A stretch of 64,000 nucleotides of DNA from a virus, in the IMG/VR virus record IMGVR_UViG_3300027805_000008, positions 1 to 64,000 of that record; one strand, given 5' to 3'. Shown here piece by piece: positions 32,699 to 43,309 of the stretch. Below the pieces are notes generated by a model. The model had not been told where the DNA came from. It did no database searches and was given only the letters and a program-made list of their open reading frames with translations. A program made the translations under genes and the position numbers. Position 1 is the first letter of the stretch, and each line of letters starts with the position of its first letter.

Positions 32699-33679
32699 AT
32701 GGCAGAGATATTAATAAATTCACAGTCCCCAATAACACATAATGTTTTTTGGAATGGGGATATAGTAGAACCAAGCTCGCTTCCAGTAGTAAAATTATTT
32801 GATGTTACTACTGATCCAGCAATTAGTCCTGCCATCAACCCTACACAAATTCTTGCAGTTCTTAATTCTATTGCAGACGAAAATAATCCTGGCTCATATA
32901 TAGTATATATACCGTATTCTTATACTAGCAGAAATAGAACTTTAAGACTTCAGTGGGAATATCAGGTTAATGGTACAAACGTTGCAAGGGCAGACGAGGT
33001 TTTTGTAGTAACCCCTTATGTAGACTTTAATCATGTTCAAGATTTGGGATTTAGCACTGACTCATCTGATCCAAATTATAAATCATATAAAGAATTGATT
33101 AAAGCAGAAAAGTATGCAAGAAAACAAATAGAGCAGCATACTGGCCAAAAGTTTTACCTGTACGATGATGTTGCTGTAGCTTATGGACATGGCTCAGACA
33201 TACTGCCACTTTCCTCAAAAATTTATCAAATTCATGAGCTTTATGCCCAAGACATTTTGTTATTAGACAATATTAATGAAATTAATAACTGGAACTATCC
33301 AGTTGAAATTTCAGAAAGCGGATATGGAATAAAGATTAATAGGGCTGGGCTATTAGACAATACTGTATACACTGCAAATGGGATGGTTCCTCCAAGCATT
33401 AATGATTCTTCTGGAGTATTCCAGTCTGGAGTCACATATAAAATTCAGGGAAGATTTGGCTGGGAAAAAGTTCCAGACAACGTTGAGCTTGCCGCAATAG
33501 AGCTTATGAAAGACTATTTCTCTAAGGACACAATGTGGAGAAATAAGTATGTCAAAACAATATCTACATTCGATTGGGATTTTGAATATACTGGAGATGC
33601 ATATACTGGTACAGGAAATGCATATGCCGACAGCCTATTGGCAGATTATGTCTTAACAACAAAAGTAGAGATTATATAA
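32699..33679 (+). CDS. head-tail adaptor
   Basis: IEQHTGQKF..GRFGWEKVPDNVELAAIEL. Confidence 0.75.
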   Translation: MAEILINSQSPITHNVFWNGDIVEPSSLPVVKLFDVTTDPAISPAINPTQILAVLNSIADENNPGSYIVYIPYSYTSRNRTLRLQWEYQVNGTNVARADEVFVVTPYVDFNHVQDLGFSTDSSDPNYKSYKELIKAEKYARKQIEQHTGQKFYLYDDVAVAYGHGSDILPLSSKIYQIHELYAQDILLLDNINEINNWNYPVEISESGYGIKINRAGLLDNTVYTANGMVPPSINDSSGVFQSGVTYKIQGRFGWEKVPDNVELAAIELMKDYFSKDTMWRNKYVKTISTFDWDFEYTGDAYTGTGNAYADSLLADYVLTTKVEII

Positions 33680-34107
33680 TGAATAGCATCGTAGACTCTG
33701 TCTTGTCTATGAATTTAGATGTTTATAGGCAATATGAAATTCAAGATCCAGATACTGGTGCAATCGTAAGAGAATGGAATTACTATAAAACTATTCCATG
33801 TCATGCCAAAGGAGTTATTAGCAATTCAGCTACAACTCGTTCTAGCGACAAGCAAATATTTTCAAATAAATATTTAAATGATCAAATTATTCAAGTAAGA
33901 ACTGCAGAAAAATTAACAGCAAGAGAAAAAGTAACAAATATAAGAGATGTTGAAGGAAACACTATTTGGAATGAAATTAATTATCCAAATGAAACTCCTA
34001 CAGTATTTGAGGTAATGGGAACTACACCAATTACAGACCCATTTGGCCGTGTTATAGCCTATAACTCATCAATGAAGAGATCGGAGAACCAGCAAATTGG
34101 ACAATAG
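33679..34107 (+). CDS. head-tail stopper/closure protein
   Basis: position and size. Confidence 0.6.
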   Translation: MNSIVDSVLSMNLDVYRQYEIQDPDTGAIVREWNYYKTIPCHAKGVISNSATTRSSDKQIFSNKYLNDQIIQVRTAEKLTAREKVTNIRDVEGNTIWNEINYPNETPTVFEVMGTTPITDPFGRVIAYNSSMKRSENQQIGQ

Positions 34108-34879
34108 CGGATTACTGGTTCAAGCATCAAGCGGACTCGAAAGAATGATGTATGCAAATCAAAATGGGCCACTGAAGGATAGCACTGTATCTCAAATATC
34201 CGCATTTGTGTATTATGAAGCAGCTGTAATATCTAAGCTTACAACAAATGCTCAGTTTAAAGCAGCATTTACAAAAATTATGTTTGATCAAATAGAGTCA
34301 GATTTTGGCAACTACATAGATGCTCTGGCAAGATCAAAACCAAAATCTTTACATCATGTTTATGAATGGAAAAAGGCTGGTAATAAATCAGCAAGGCTTT
34401 TTAAATTAAATAAAGTTTCTGAAGATGGACTCTCGTTTAAAATCAACTACACCTTGCTACCATCAAAATCTTTAGTACCATCAAATAATAGTAAGCGTCG
34501 TCATGTTTTTGCAAATAAAGCTGCTGTTATGGAAGAAGGCAAGCCTTTGGTTATTAGACCTAAAAATTCAGAGCGCCTAGTTTTTGAATATGAGGGAGAG
34601 ACTGTATTTATGCCTAAAGGAAAATCGGTTACAGTTAAAAGACCAGGTGGATCTGGATCAACAAATCAATTTAATTTAGCTCATTCAAGATTCTTCAGCG
34701 GTAGATTAGTTAATGAATCTATTAAGAAGTCTGGATTTCAAAGAATATTTAATTCTAGTATGACCAAAGCATTAAGAGTTCCTTCTGATATAAAGACAGT
34801 TAAGTATTCTTTTTCAGCTAATACTATTAGGTCTCAAGCAGATGCAGCTCTAGCAGCATCATTTGGAGGTGTAATGTGA
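34097..34879 (+). CDS. neck/tail completion protein
   Basis: position; IRPKN..LVF..V..PG motif. Confidence 0.55.
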   Translation: MDNSGLLVQASSGLERMMYANQNGPLKDSTVSQISAFVYYEAAVISKLTTNAQFKAAFTKIMFDQIESDFGNYIDALARSKPKSLHHVYEWKKAGNKSARLFKLNKVSEDGLSFKINYTLLPSKSLVPSNNSKRRHVFANKAAVMEEGKPLVIRPKNSERLVFEYEGETVFMPKGKSVTVKRPGGSGSTNQFNLAHSRFFSGRLVNESIKKSGFQRIFNSSMTKALRVPSDIKTVKYSFSANTIRSQADAALAASFGGVM

Positions 34880-35388
34880 CAGCAAACTATAAACTAGACG
34901 CAATGCTTGAGCTCAGAAAGTACCTTTGGAAAGAGCTTTATACAAGAAATATTTTTGACGAGGACGATTATTGGAGCGATAATCTAAATGAAAATATAAT
35001 CCCAATAATTCCAGTTCAGCAGGCTGCAGAAATGAATCAGTTCTTGAGCGGCAAGAAGCATATGGTATATGACAAGATAGGAATGTCTTATGAAGACAAC
35101 TGGCTAATTTGTTGCGAGCAGGTCATGTTTACAGTATATTCAACATCTGTGGCTGATATAAATGAGATTAGAAACTATATGACAGACGAGTTTAGAAGAA
35201 TGGACGAGTCTGCTAGGGATATAAATAAATGGGTTGATCTTTCAGATAAGTTTAAATTTCATACATTATGGGTTGCAGACATATCCCCTACTGCCCCATC
35301 TGAAGAATTACAGGGATTCTTCTCCTCGGAAATCATACTCGAGATAAAGTATTCTAGAATTACAGACTCCCAGGGCAGGTTCCTGTAG
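34876..35388 (+). CDS. tail terminator protein
   Basis: position before major tail gene. Confidence 0.55.
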   Translation: MTANYKLDAMLELRKYLWKELYTRNIFDEDDYWSDNLNENIIPIIPVQQAAEMNQFLSGKKHMVYDKIGMSYEDNWLICCEQVMFTVYSTSVADINEIRNYMTDEFRRMDESARDINKWVDLSDKFKFHTLWVADISPTAPSEELQGFFSSEIILEIKYSRITDSQGRFL

Positions 35389-35509
35389 GGTTTGCCTTTT
35401 TACCCTCAATGGAATACAATTAGACCAAGAGGAAAGAGGCCTAGCCAGCCAGATTTAATTTTGATTTACAATTTAATAACTCAAGAATTCCAGGAGGTGG
35501 AAACACAAT

Positions 35510-36232
35510 ATGGCACAAAACGCAGGTAATGCTAAAAACATTCTCGTAGGTGCATCTCCGTTGTTTATTTCGAATATCGATTCAACAACATCAGGATACG
35601 CAACATATGAGAACTCAGAGCCAGGTACAACTAATGCAGGAGCATTTGCTACAGGAACATCCTATACAAATACACTTAACGCAATTGAAACTGGTACATT
35701 TTACTACAGAAACGTAGGATTTACAAACAACGGTTTGCAAATTACATATAACCCAACATATGATTCAGTAACAGTGGATCAGCTTCTTGATACAGCTAAG
35801 CTGTTCAAGTCTGCTATGGAGGTTATGATCGCAACTGAAATGTCAGAAGGTACACTAGAAAACGTTCTAGTTATTTTCGGTCAGCCAGACGATCCAACTA
35901 ACAATACCGCAATCTCACAGAATAATACAATTATTTCAACAGGTACAGGTACTTCAAAGAAAGACACACTAGGTATCGCAGCAGGTGCTCTTGGTATTGC
36001 ACCAACAGAGCGTCAGCTCATTGCAGTTGGTCAAGCACCAACTACAGCGGGTGCTCAGACAGAGCGTGTATATTATGCACGTCGTGTTTTGTCAGTGCAG
36101 CAATCAGCTTTCACATTGGCAAGATCAGCCCCAACCACATTCCCAGTAACATTCCGTCTTCTTCCAACCGCTATGAGCGGCTACGAAGGACAAGAGTACG
36201 GTAAGATTATTGACCGTGTATTGGTAGTTTAA
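35510..36232 (+). CDS. major tail (tube) protein
   Basis: NILVGA, VGFT.NG...Y.P....TVDQ; own promoter and terminator. Confidence 0.8.
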   Translation: MAQNAGNAKNILVGASPLFISNIDSTTSGYATYENSEPGTTNAGAFATGTSYTNTLNAIETGTFYYRNVGFTNNGLQITYNPTYDSVTVDQLLDTAKLFKSAMEVMIATEMSEGTLENVLVIFGQPDDPTNNTAISQNNTIISTGTGTSKKDTLGIAAGALGIAPTERQLIAVGQAPTTAGAQTERVYYARRVLSVQQSAFTLARSAPTTFPVTFRLLPTAMSGYEGQEYGKIIDRVLVV

Positions 36233-36254
36233 TAATTTAATAATTATTCTACAG

Positions 36255-36279
36255 GGCCCCCAAGAAATTGGGGGCTTTT
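36255..36279 (+). terminator. intrinsic terminator
   Basis: GCCCCCAA-gaaa-TTGGGGGC-TTTT. Confidence 0.75.
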
Positions 36280-36341
36280 GTGGTTGTGTTAGTATATAAT
36301 TTTTAGTATAATGATTTAGACTAGATCCTAGGAGGATTAAA

Positions 36342-36674
36342 TTGGCAACAACAGTATATAGCGTAGAAGAGGTTCAGTTACAAAACGGTCAGACCGTAAA
36401 GCTAAAGCCTCTATCAATTAAAGAACTTCGTAAGTTCATGATAGCAATAAAGAAAACAGCAGAATCTCAAACAGAGGATGAGACATTAAACATCCTAATA
36501 GATGCATGTGCAATTGCACTAGAAAAGCAGCTACCAGAATTAGTAGCGGATAGAGAAGCGTTTGAAGATGCTATCGATGTACCAACTATGAATCGCATTC
36601 TTGAAGTTTGCGGAGGGATTAAGCTTGACGACCCAAACCTACTAGCGGCAGCGGTTCTGGCTGGTCAGAACTAG
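36342..36674 (+). CDS. tail assembly chaperone (gpG-like)
   Basis: between major tail and tape measure genes; slippery site near 3' end. Confidence 0.8.
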   Translation: MATTVYSVEEVQLQNGQTVKLKPLSIKELRKFMIAIKKTAESQTEDETLNILIDACAIALEKQLPELVADREAFEDAIDVPTMNRILEVCGGIKLDDPNLLAAAVLAGQN

Positions 36675-37006
36675 ACTTAGCCGCTTTAGAGGGTGAAATT
36701 TTTTTACTAGGACATTGGAAAAATTACGATGATCTAGAAGAAAATTTATCAATGCCAGAGCTTATAAATACTTTACAGGCTTTAAAGAAAAAAGATCACG
36801 AAGATAAAAAGTTCTTTGCTTCTTTAAAGGGAGTAGAGATAGGTGAATACGAAGATGATAAAAAAGGAGGCCCTAGTTTCGAAGACATTCAGTTGAGAGC
36901 AGCAGGAATAGGTGCAACTAGCAACGATGTTGTTTCGCTACAAGGAAATTTCGCAGCGCAAGCTGGATTTGGAATTGGAGCGGGACTAGGATACTCTAGG
37001 GAGTAG
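36632..37006 (+). CDS. -1 frameshift extension of tail assembly chaperone (gpGT-like)
   Basis: C CCA AAC heptamer 36632-36638; the -1 frame is open from there through ORF 36752-37006. Confidence 0.75.
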   Translation, partial: PKPTSGSGSGWSELDLAALEGEIFLLGHWKNYDDLEENLSMPELINTLQALKKKDHEDKKFFASLKGVEIGEYEDDKKGGPSFEDIQLRAAGIGATSNDVVSLQGNFAAQAGFGIGAGLGYSRE

Positions 37007-37016
37007 TTTGATATAA

Positions 37017-40000
37017 ATGGCTGACGAAACAATCAGTACCAAGATAGTCGCTAATGCCGACTTCTCATCCCTTATTGCCGATGTGCATAAGGTTACCGCC
37101 AGCCTATCAAAATTACAAGAACAATTAGCTAACTCTAATAAGATGATGGCAAATCAAATTGCTGTCATGAACAGATCATTTGCAGACACACTAAGAAGTA
37201 CAGGACAATTCTCCACACACTTTGTAAGCCTACAATCAGATGTAGAAAAATTTGGTAAAAATCTAGATGGCGGAAAACTAAAGTTAAATCAATATTTTAA
37301 TACTTTTAGGGATCATGCTAGAACATCTGGCGGACTTATAAGAGAATTAGCAAAGCAACAAGTAGCCCTTCAGAACTCAGTATTACAACCGCTAGGCAGA
37401 AACGCACAAGGACTTATGCAGTTCAATGTGCATGTTCCAAGAGGGCTAGATGAAGTAAAAAATAAAACAGCAATAGTAAGACAAGAATTGCAAATTATGA
37501 ATAAGGTTATTCAGGATGGTGCTGGACAACTTATTAATTGGGGTAAAAATACTCAGTGGGCAGGCCGTCAGTTAACAGTCGGTTTAACCGTACCACTTGT
37601 AGCCTTTGGAGCACAAGCTGCAAAAGCATTTAGAGAAGCAGATCAAGAGTTAGTTCGTTTAACTAAGGTTTACGGAGATGTTGCAGGAACATCAGCAGCA
37701 GAATTAGGTAGAGTTAGACAAGAAGTTACTTCTACTGCAAAAGAAATTTCTGCAGCGATGGGTGTTTCATTTAAAGAAACTATTGGTCTTGCAGCAGATA
37801 TTGCGGCTACTGGTAAAACTGGAGATGAGTTACTAGGGTCAATTAAAGAGACCACAAGACTTGCAGTACTTGGAGAAGTAGACAGACAAGAAGCTATGAA
37901 GGCCACACTTGCAATTCAGTCAGCATTTAAGCAAAATACAGATCAACTTTCAGAGTCTATTAACTTCCTTAACGCAGTTGAAAACCAAACTTCAACTACT
38001 CTAAATGACCTTGTAGAAGCAATTCCAAAAGCTGGTCCAGTAATTCAAGGTTTGGGAGGAAGCGTACAAGACTTAGCGCTTTACCTTACAGCTATGCGTG
38101 AAGGCGGAATTAACGCATCAGAAGGAGCTAACGCATTAAAGTCAGCTCTCGCATCTTTAATTAACCCAACAGATGTTGCTGTAGGAAAGTTTCAATCATT
38201 AGGAATAGATCTTTTAGGAATAGTAAATAACAATGCTGGTAATTTAACTGGAACATTAATGGAATTACAAGGGGCTCTAGATAACCTAGATCCACTTCAA
38301 AAACAACAAGCAATCGAGCAGCTATTTGGAAAATTTCAGTTTTCAAGACTAAATGCTTTATTTGAAAATTTAGGTAGACAGGGAAGTCAAACGCTTCAGG
38401 TTTTAGATTTAATGAAGGCTTCTACTGGGGAATTAGCAACTGTAGCAGATCGAGAATTAGCAGCAGTAACCGAGTCGGCTTCTGGTAAGTATCGCAGGGC
38501 AATAGAAAGCTTAAGAGCATCTTTAGCTACAGTAGGAGAACAATTCCTTCAAATTAATACGGTTCTTATTCAGGTTATTGATAAGATTGTACAGTTTGCT
38601 AATAATTTGCCAGGCCCAGTAAAACAAATACTTGCATTAGCTGGAGGATTTACAGCAATCATAGGTCCAGTAATTATGTTAACTGGTGTACTTGCTAACT
38701 TCTTTGGGTATTTGTTAAAGGGCGCATTCCATATGAAGGCATTCTTTAAGGGTGGCGAAGGATGGAAATATTTAACTCCAGAAATGTTAGCAGCAGAAAA
38801 AGCTGGCAGGCTAGTTGAGCAATCATTTTACGATGACGCAAAAGCTGCAGCTGTACTACAGCAAGCGCTTAGAAATTTATTAGATGAATTTGCTATTCTA
38901 GAACAAAAAGCTAAAATAGGGTCAATGTCAATAAATCCAGCAGTATCAACAATGGCTGGAAGCATGATAGTGGGCGGACAGAGAGTGGTTAATCCCTCAC
39001 ACCCACTTGCGGGAGAACAGGGAACAAGAGCAAGTTCTCACATGGTTCCAAGAGCTGGTATGACGGAAGCTCAAAGACTGCAACAAACAATGTTTGGAAT
39101 GGTTCCAGGATCAATCCCAGTAAATCAGAAAATTGGTCAGAACCCACAAATTTATATGAACGAACCTCTTCCAAATGTTCCTGGACTTACAACGGTTAAT
39201 GGGGTATCTACAGGCATTGTTTCTGGAGAAGCTGCAAGATGGCATGCAATGATGGCTACACTTGGAATGCAGTCAAAGGCGGAAATTGAAACTTTAAAGA
39301 AAACAATTGTGGCTACTGGAACTGTAAGCAAAGAATTTATGATGCAGTTTGATGATATTCTTCCTGTTGTTTCAAGACTTACAGATAATGCAGCAAGAGA
39401 ATCTGCAATGATTGTCGCAGAACTTCGTGCAGGAAAAATGACTGTAGAAGCTGCTAGGGCAAAAATTGTAGCTCTTAATTTGCAAACAGAACAAATGATT
39501 GCTTCTTCTGTTCAATCACAAGCACTGGCTATGGGCAGAACAATTAATCCAACAATGGTTCCAACATTAAATCAACCAGTAGTTGATGCTACTGGAAAAT
39601 CAAATATGAGAGAGTTGTTTAAAAAGGGTAAAACAAGAGATTTCATTAATCGTATTGCTGGAGTATTGGGTGTAAGAACATCAGGTGCTGGGTACAATGT
39701 TGAAACCACAATTCCTAAAAAATTTAATAGAGGAAATATAGTTCCAGGATCTGGAAATACAGATACAGTTCCAGCAATGCTTACACCTGGAGAGTTTGTT
39801 GTTAATAAGCAAGCAACTCAGCAAAATAGGCCATTACTAGAAGCAATCAACAATAGTACATTGGGTGGGCAAGCAACTCCTGGAAGATCAAATTACGGTC
39901 CAATTAATCCAGGACTAATGGCAAATGTCTCAAGGCTATACACAAGGACTGGAAATTTTGCACGTAGGTGGTTCTGGGATACAAGCACTGGATCAAGTCT

Positions 40001-43000
40001 TTCTGGGCAGAGAGACTCACTTGTCAGATCAATAAGAAAAAGACCAATACTAAATAAGAGCGGTGTTCCTTATTCTGAAGCAGAATTAAGAAAAGCTCCT
40101 AAAGAAGAAATTCAAGCATTATGGGCTAACTATGATAGAGGACATGTAGCTCCACACAGGTCTATAGGCGGAACAGATAACTACTTTGCCCCAGGAATAT
40201 TAATGCCTATGTTTAGAGGATCCAATAGGTCAATGATCTCTGCAGGAGATCCAATAGCAATTGCAAAAAGTTTAGAAAATCAATCAATTCATCCAACAGT
40301 ATTTTTAGATGAAGCAGCCGAAGCATTTGGTTATGTTGCTGGTTCAAAAACAGATGCAGCTTATGAAGCATTGATAAAAGGATTATATAAGAGAGGTGCT
40401 AAGAAATTTGATCCTAGATCAGGTGATTCATTTGAAAAGTTTGCGTTTGAAACAATATCTCCGTTTTTACAAAATATTAAAAATAGCTCTGGGGCAAATC
40501 TATTAGATGATCTTTCAAGAATTGGAACAGTAAGAGGAACTCAGGCAAATAGATCTTCTGGTGGACGTTCTGGAACTGGTTCAATAGCACCGTTTGCCGT
40601 AGCAGATGACTATTTCACACTAAACATGAATACTGGCGGAATGGTTCCATCACCAAATGGACAAAAGTATAATATGGGCGGAATGGTTCAGGGTTACAAT
40701 AGAGGCGGAATGGTAGCTGGACTACTTGGAGCTTCAGCAGTCGGTCTTGGCGGACAGATGCTAGGAAATGCAGTAGGCGGAGGACTTGGGTCAGCTATTA
40801 CAATGGGCTCCTATCTTGCAAGTAGTATGATAGGATTTGGTGGAATGGGTGGTAGAGGAGATCAAAAGGGTCCAGGTTTTGTTGGAAGACAAATGCAAAA
40901 AATTGATCCACAAGGTAATTTAACTAAGCCAATTGGACCATTAAATAACTTATCTGATGCAACTAAAAAGCTCTCAGGAAATCTGGGTGGGGTAAGCAGA
41001 ATGTTTGGCCCATTATTAAGAGGCTTCACAACTTTACTAAGACTAACAAGCCCGCTTGGAATAGCAATTACTGGAGTAACTGCTGCAATTGGATTTTTTG
41101 TAAAGGCTCAAAAAGAAAAAGCAAAAGCTTTAGAAACAGGTAGACAAGCATTCGGTATGGATGCTGCTGCTGCAGAAAAAGCAGGATTCAAATATACAGA
41201 TTATAACGCTAAAATAAAGGTAGCAATTGAAGATGCTAAGGCATTAAAAGAAAGAAATATGATGATTTACGAAAGCATGACAAAGGCTAACGTTCCAATC
41301 AACATGACAATTGAACAATACAAAAAGCTTAAAGAACAAGTAAAGTCAACAATGGGAAGTTACATAGACCTATTTGATCAAACAGATAGAAAAGATGTTG
41401 GCAATGTTGCTGTTCAGTTAAAGGCACAATTTATGGCAGCTGGAGATTCTGCAGAGGTTGCTACTGCTAAAATATTTACAATGATTAAGCAGTCTGAAAA
41501 TGCTAATATGGCTGCGTCAGCAATTAGCTCTAATGCCTTCCAAAGCATTCAAAATATGGAACAGGCTTCTGCTCAAACAGTAAAAACATTTGAAGCAGCA
41601 ATGAAAACTGGAGATGCTGAATCGCAAGCCAGGGCTTTGCACAGCACATTTATGGCAATGGATGCTACTCTAGAAGAAACCATTAGAAAGCAAAAAGAGC
41701 TAGGGGATTCAGGAAAAGCTAATGCAGAGCAGGTCGGCAGTGCAATAGAACAGAAGCTTGCAAGTATTAATAAGTCTTTTGGCACTCAGGCAAACCTATC
41801 AAAAGATGTTATTAGTGAACTAGGTAAAACAGATCCTCTATTAGCGGAGATGTTAAATAGCACAGATACTCTTTCTAGTGCATGGGCTAAATACAGATTA
41901 ATTCTTCAGGGTGCTGCTACCGATCTTGAGAATATGACTGGAGAAGCAGCAATCGCTGCGCTTTCTTTAAATGAAATAGTGAAGGCTCAAGTTCAACTAA
42001 ACCCAGCTGTTGCTGCTGCAAATAAATCATATGCTGGTATGACTGCTAGAATTAAAGAACTTGAAAAGGCACAAAGAGGCCAGTCTGTTAAAGCTCAATA
42101 TAATGCTAAAGAAGAATCAGCTAGACTGCAAAAACAAATTGCAGAAATTAAAAAGGCTGCTCAAGAAAAAATTGATGGAATTCGCAAAGCAACTGAAGCA
42201 GAAAATACTCAGCTAGAAATTCAAAAAGCTCAACTAAGAGCTCAGCAAATGTTGATCCAGGGCAATATGTCTGGATACGCTGAAGAGCAAATGACAATTG
42301 AGCAGTTAATGAATGAGGCTAATCGTAAAGATGCAGAAGAAGCAATTATCGCTAAGGCAGAAATTGATATTAAGCCTCTTCAGGATGCACTTGATGCTAT
42401 AGCAGACAAGAATGACAAAGCTGCAAAGAAGGCGGCACTTGCAGGAGAGAGCTTATCAGATCTTAGAACCAAGGCAAGCGATTACAATACTAAGCTTCAG
42501 GAGTATACACAAAATCTAAACACTACAATGTTTAAGTATTTGACAGACATTAACTTTAAAAATACTCCAGAGTATGAAGCAGCAATAAAAGCCTTAGACA
42601 ATCTTGGCCAAAAGCTAGGAATTAAAACTCCAGCGAAGGATGTTGTTTCAGAAATTACTAACGCATTAAAAAATGGAATTAACGCAGAAAACGTAACTCT
42701 TTATGCCGAAAAGGTTCAAGAAGGACAAAGAAGAGACTACACTAATAATTTAAAAAATATGACAGAAACCATTAAAAGGGGAGGCGGAGACGTAACAAAA
42801 ATTTATGATCCAAATACTCAAGAATTAACTCCACAAGCTAGAAGCGCTCTTATTAAGGGAGATGAGTTAATGCCTGGTGATACATTTACAGATAGTCAGG
42901 GAAGACCGTATAAGGTAACTAGAAAATTTGGTCCTGGACATGGAGCAGAATCAACAGGAGACCGAACTGTAAAAACAACACCGTCAATGTCGGCAAAAAG

Positions 43001-43307
43001 ATTTTTGGGTGGAAGAGTTGTGCCAGGAATTCCTTATACAATTAATGATGGTAAGAAAACAGAGGGGGTAGTGTTTGATTATCCAGGAATGATTAAACCA
43101 AATATTGAAACAGCCTTTAATATTCCTAATGGAACTAAATATAACGGAATGGGCGGATCTACTACTTCAAATAGCAGTAACGTATATAATATAGAGATTG
43201 CTCTAAACGGAACAAACGTCACAGCAGATGATGTTATAAACAGAATGAAACGAGAGATGGCTTTGATTAATGCTAAAGAAGGAATAAGTAGAAGGGTTGG
43301 TGCATAA
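37017..43307 (+). CDS. tape measure protein (TP901-type core) with inserted domain
   Basis: 2096 aa; GRQLTVGLTVPL; DTVPAMLTPGEFVV; helical Ala/Gly-rich. Confidence 0.9.
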   Translation: MADETISTKIVANADFSSLIADVHKVTASLSKLQEQLANSNKMMANQIAVMNRSFADTLRSTGQFSTHFVSLQSDVEKFGKNLDGGKLKLNQYFNTFRDHARTSGGLIRELAKQQVALQNSVLQPLGRNAQGLMQFNVHVPRGLDEVKNKTAIVRQELQIMNKVIQDGAGQLINWGKNTQWAGRQLTVGLTVPLVAFGAQAAKAFREADQELVRLTKVYGDVAGTSAAELGRVRQEVTSTAKEISAAMGVSFKETIGLAADIAATGKTGDELLGSIKETTRLAVLGEVDRQEAMKATLAIQSAFKQNTDQLSESINFLNAVENQTSTTLNDLVEAIPKAGPVIQGLGGSVQDLALYLTAMREGGINASEGANALKSALASLINPTDVAVGKFQSLGIDLLGIVNNNAGNLTGTLMELQGALDNLDPLQKQQAIEQLFGKFQFSRLNALFENLGRQGSQTLQVLDLMKASTGELATVADRELAAVTESASGKYRRAIESLRASLATVGEQFLQINTVLIQVIDKIVQFANNLPGPVKQILALAGGFTAIIGPVIMLTGVLANFFGYLLKGAFHMKAFFKGGEGWKYLTPEMLAAEKAGRLVEQSFYDDAKAAAVLQQALRNLLDEFAILEQKAKIGSMSINPAVSTMAGSMIVGGQRVVNPSHPLAGEQGTRASSHMVPRAGMTEAQRLQQTMFGMVPGSIPVNQKIGQNPQIYMNEPLPNVPGLTTVNGVSTGIVSGEAARWHAMMATLGMQSKAEIETLKKTIVATGTVSKEFMMQFDDILPVVSRLTDNAARESAMIVAELRAGKMTVEAARAKIVALNLQTEQMIASSVQSQALAMGRTINPTMVPTLNQPVVDATGKSNMRELFKKGKTRDFINRIAGVLGVRTSGAGYNVETTIPKKFNRGNIVPGSGNTDTVPAMLTPGEFVVNKQATQQNRPLLEAINNSTLGGQATPGRSNYGPINPGLMANVSRLYTRTGNFARRWFWDTSTGSSLSGQRDSLVRSIRKRPILNKSGVPYSEAELRKAPKEEIQALWANYDRGHVAPHRSIGGTDNYFAPGILMPMFRGSNRSMISAGDPIAIAKSLENQSIHPTVFLDEAAEAFGYVAGSKTDAAYEALIKGLYKRGAKKFDPRSGDSFEKFAFETISPFLQNIKNSSGANLLDDLSRIGTVRGTQANRSSGGRSGTGSIAPFAVADDYFTLNMNTGGMVPSPNGQKYNMGGMVQGYNRGGMVAGLLGASAVGLGGQMLGNAVGGGLGSAITMGSYLASSMIGFGGMGGRGDQKGPGFVGRQMQKIDPQGNLTKPIGPLNNLSDATKKLSGNLGGVSRMFGPLLRGFTTLLRLTSPLGIAITGVTAAIGFFVKAQKEKAKALETGRQAFGMDAAAAEKAGFKYTDYNAKIKVAIEDAKALKERNMMIYESMTKANVPINMTIEQYKKLKEQVKSTMGSYIDLFDQTDRKDVGNVAVQLKAQFMAAGDSAEVATAKIFTMIKQSENANMAASAISSNAFQSIQNMEQASAQTVKTFEAAMKTGDAESQARALHSTFMAMDATLEETIRKQKELGDSGKANAEQVGSAIEQKLASINKSFGTQANLSKDVISELGKTDPLLAEMLNSTDTLSSAWAKYRLILQGAATDLENMTGEAAIAALSLNEIVKAQVQLNPAVAAANKSYAGMTARIKELEKAQRGQSVKAQYNAKEESARLQKQIAEIKKAAQEKIDGIRKATEAENTQLEIQKAQLRAQQMLIQGNMSGYAEEQMTIEQLMNEANRKDAEEAIIAKAEIDIKPLQDALDAIADKNDKAAKKAALAGESLSDLRTKASDYNTKLQEYTQNLNTTMFKYLTDINFKNTPEYEAAIKALDNLGQKLGIKTPAKDVVSEITNALKNGINAENVTLYAEKVQEGQRRDYTNNLKNMTETIKRGGGDVTKIYDPNTQELTPQARSALIKGDELMPGDTFTDSQGRPYKVTRKFGPGHGAESTGDRTVKTTPSMSAKRFLGGRVVPGIPYTINDGKKTEGVVFDYPGMIKPNIETAFNIPNGTKYNGMGGSTTSNSSNVYNIEIALNGTNVTADDVINRMKREMALINAKEGISRRVGA

Positions 43308-43309
43308 TA

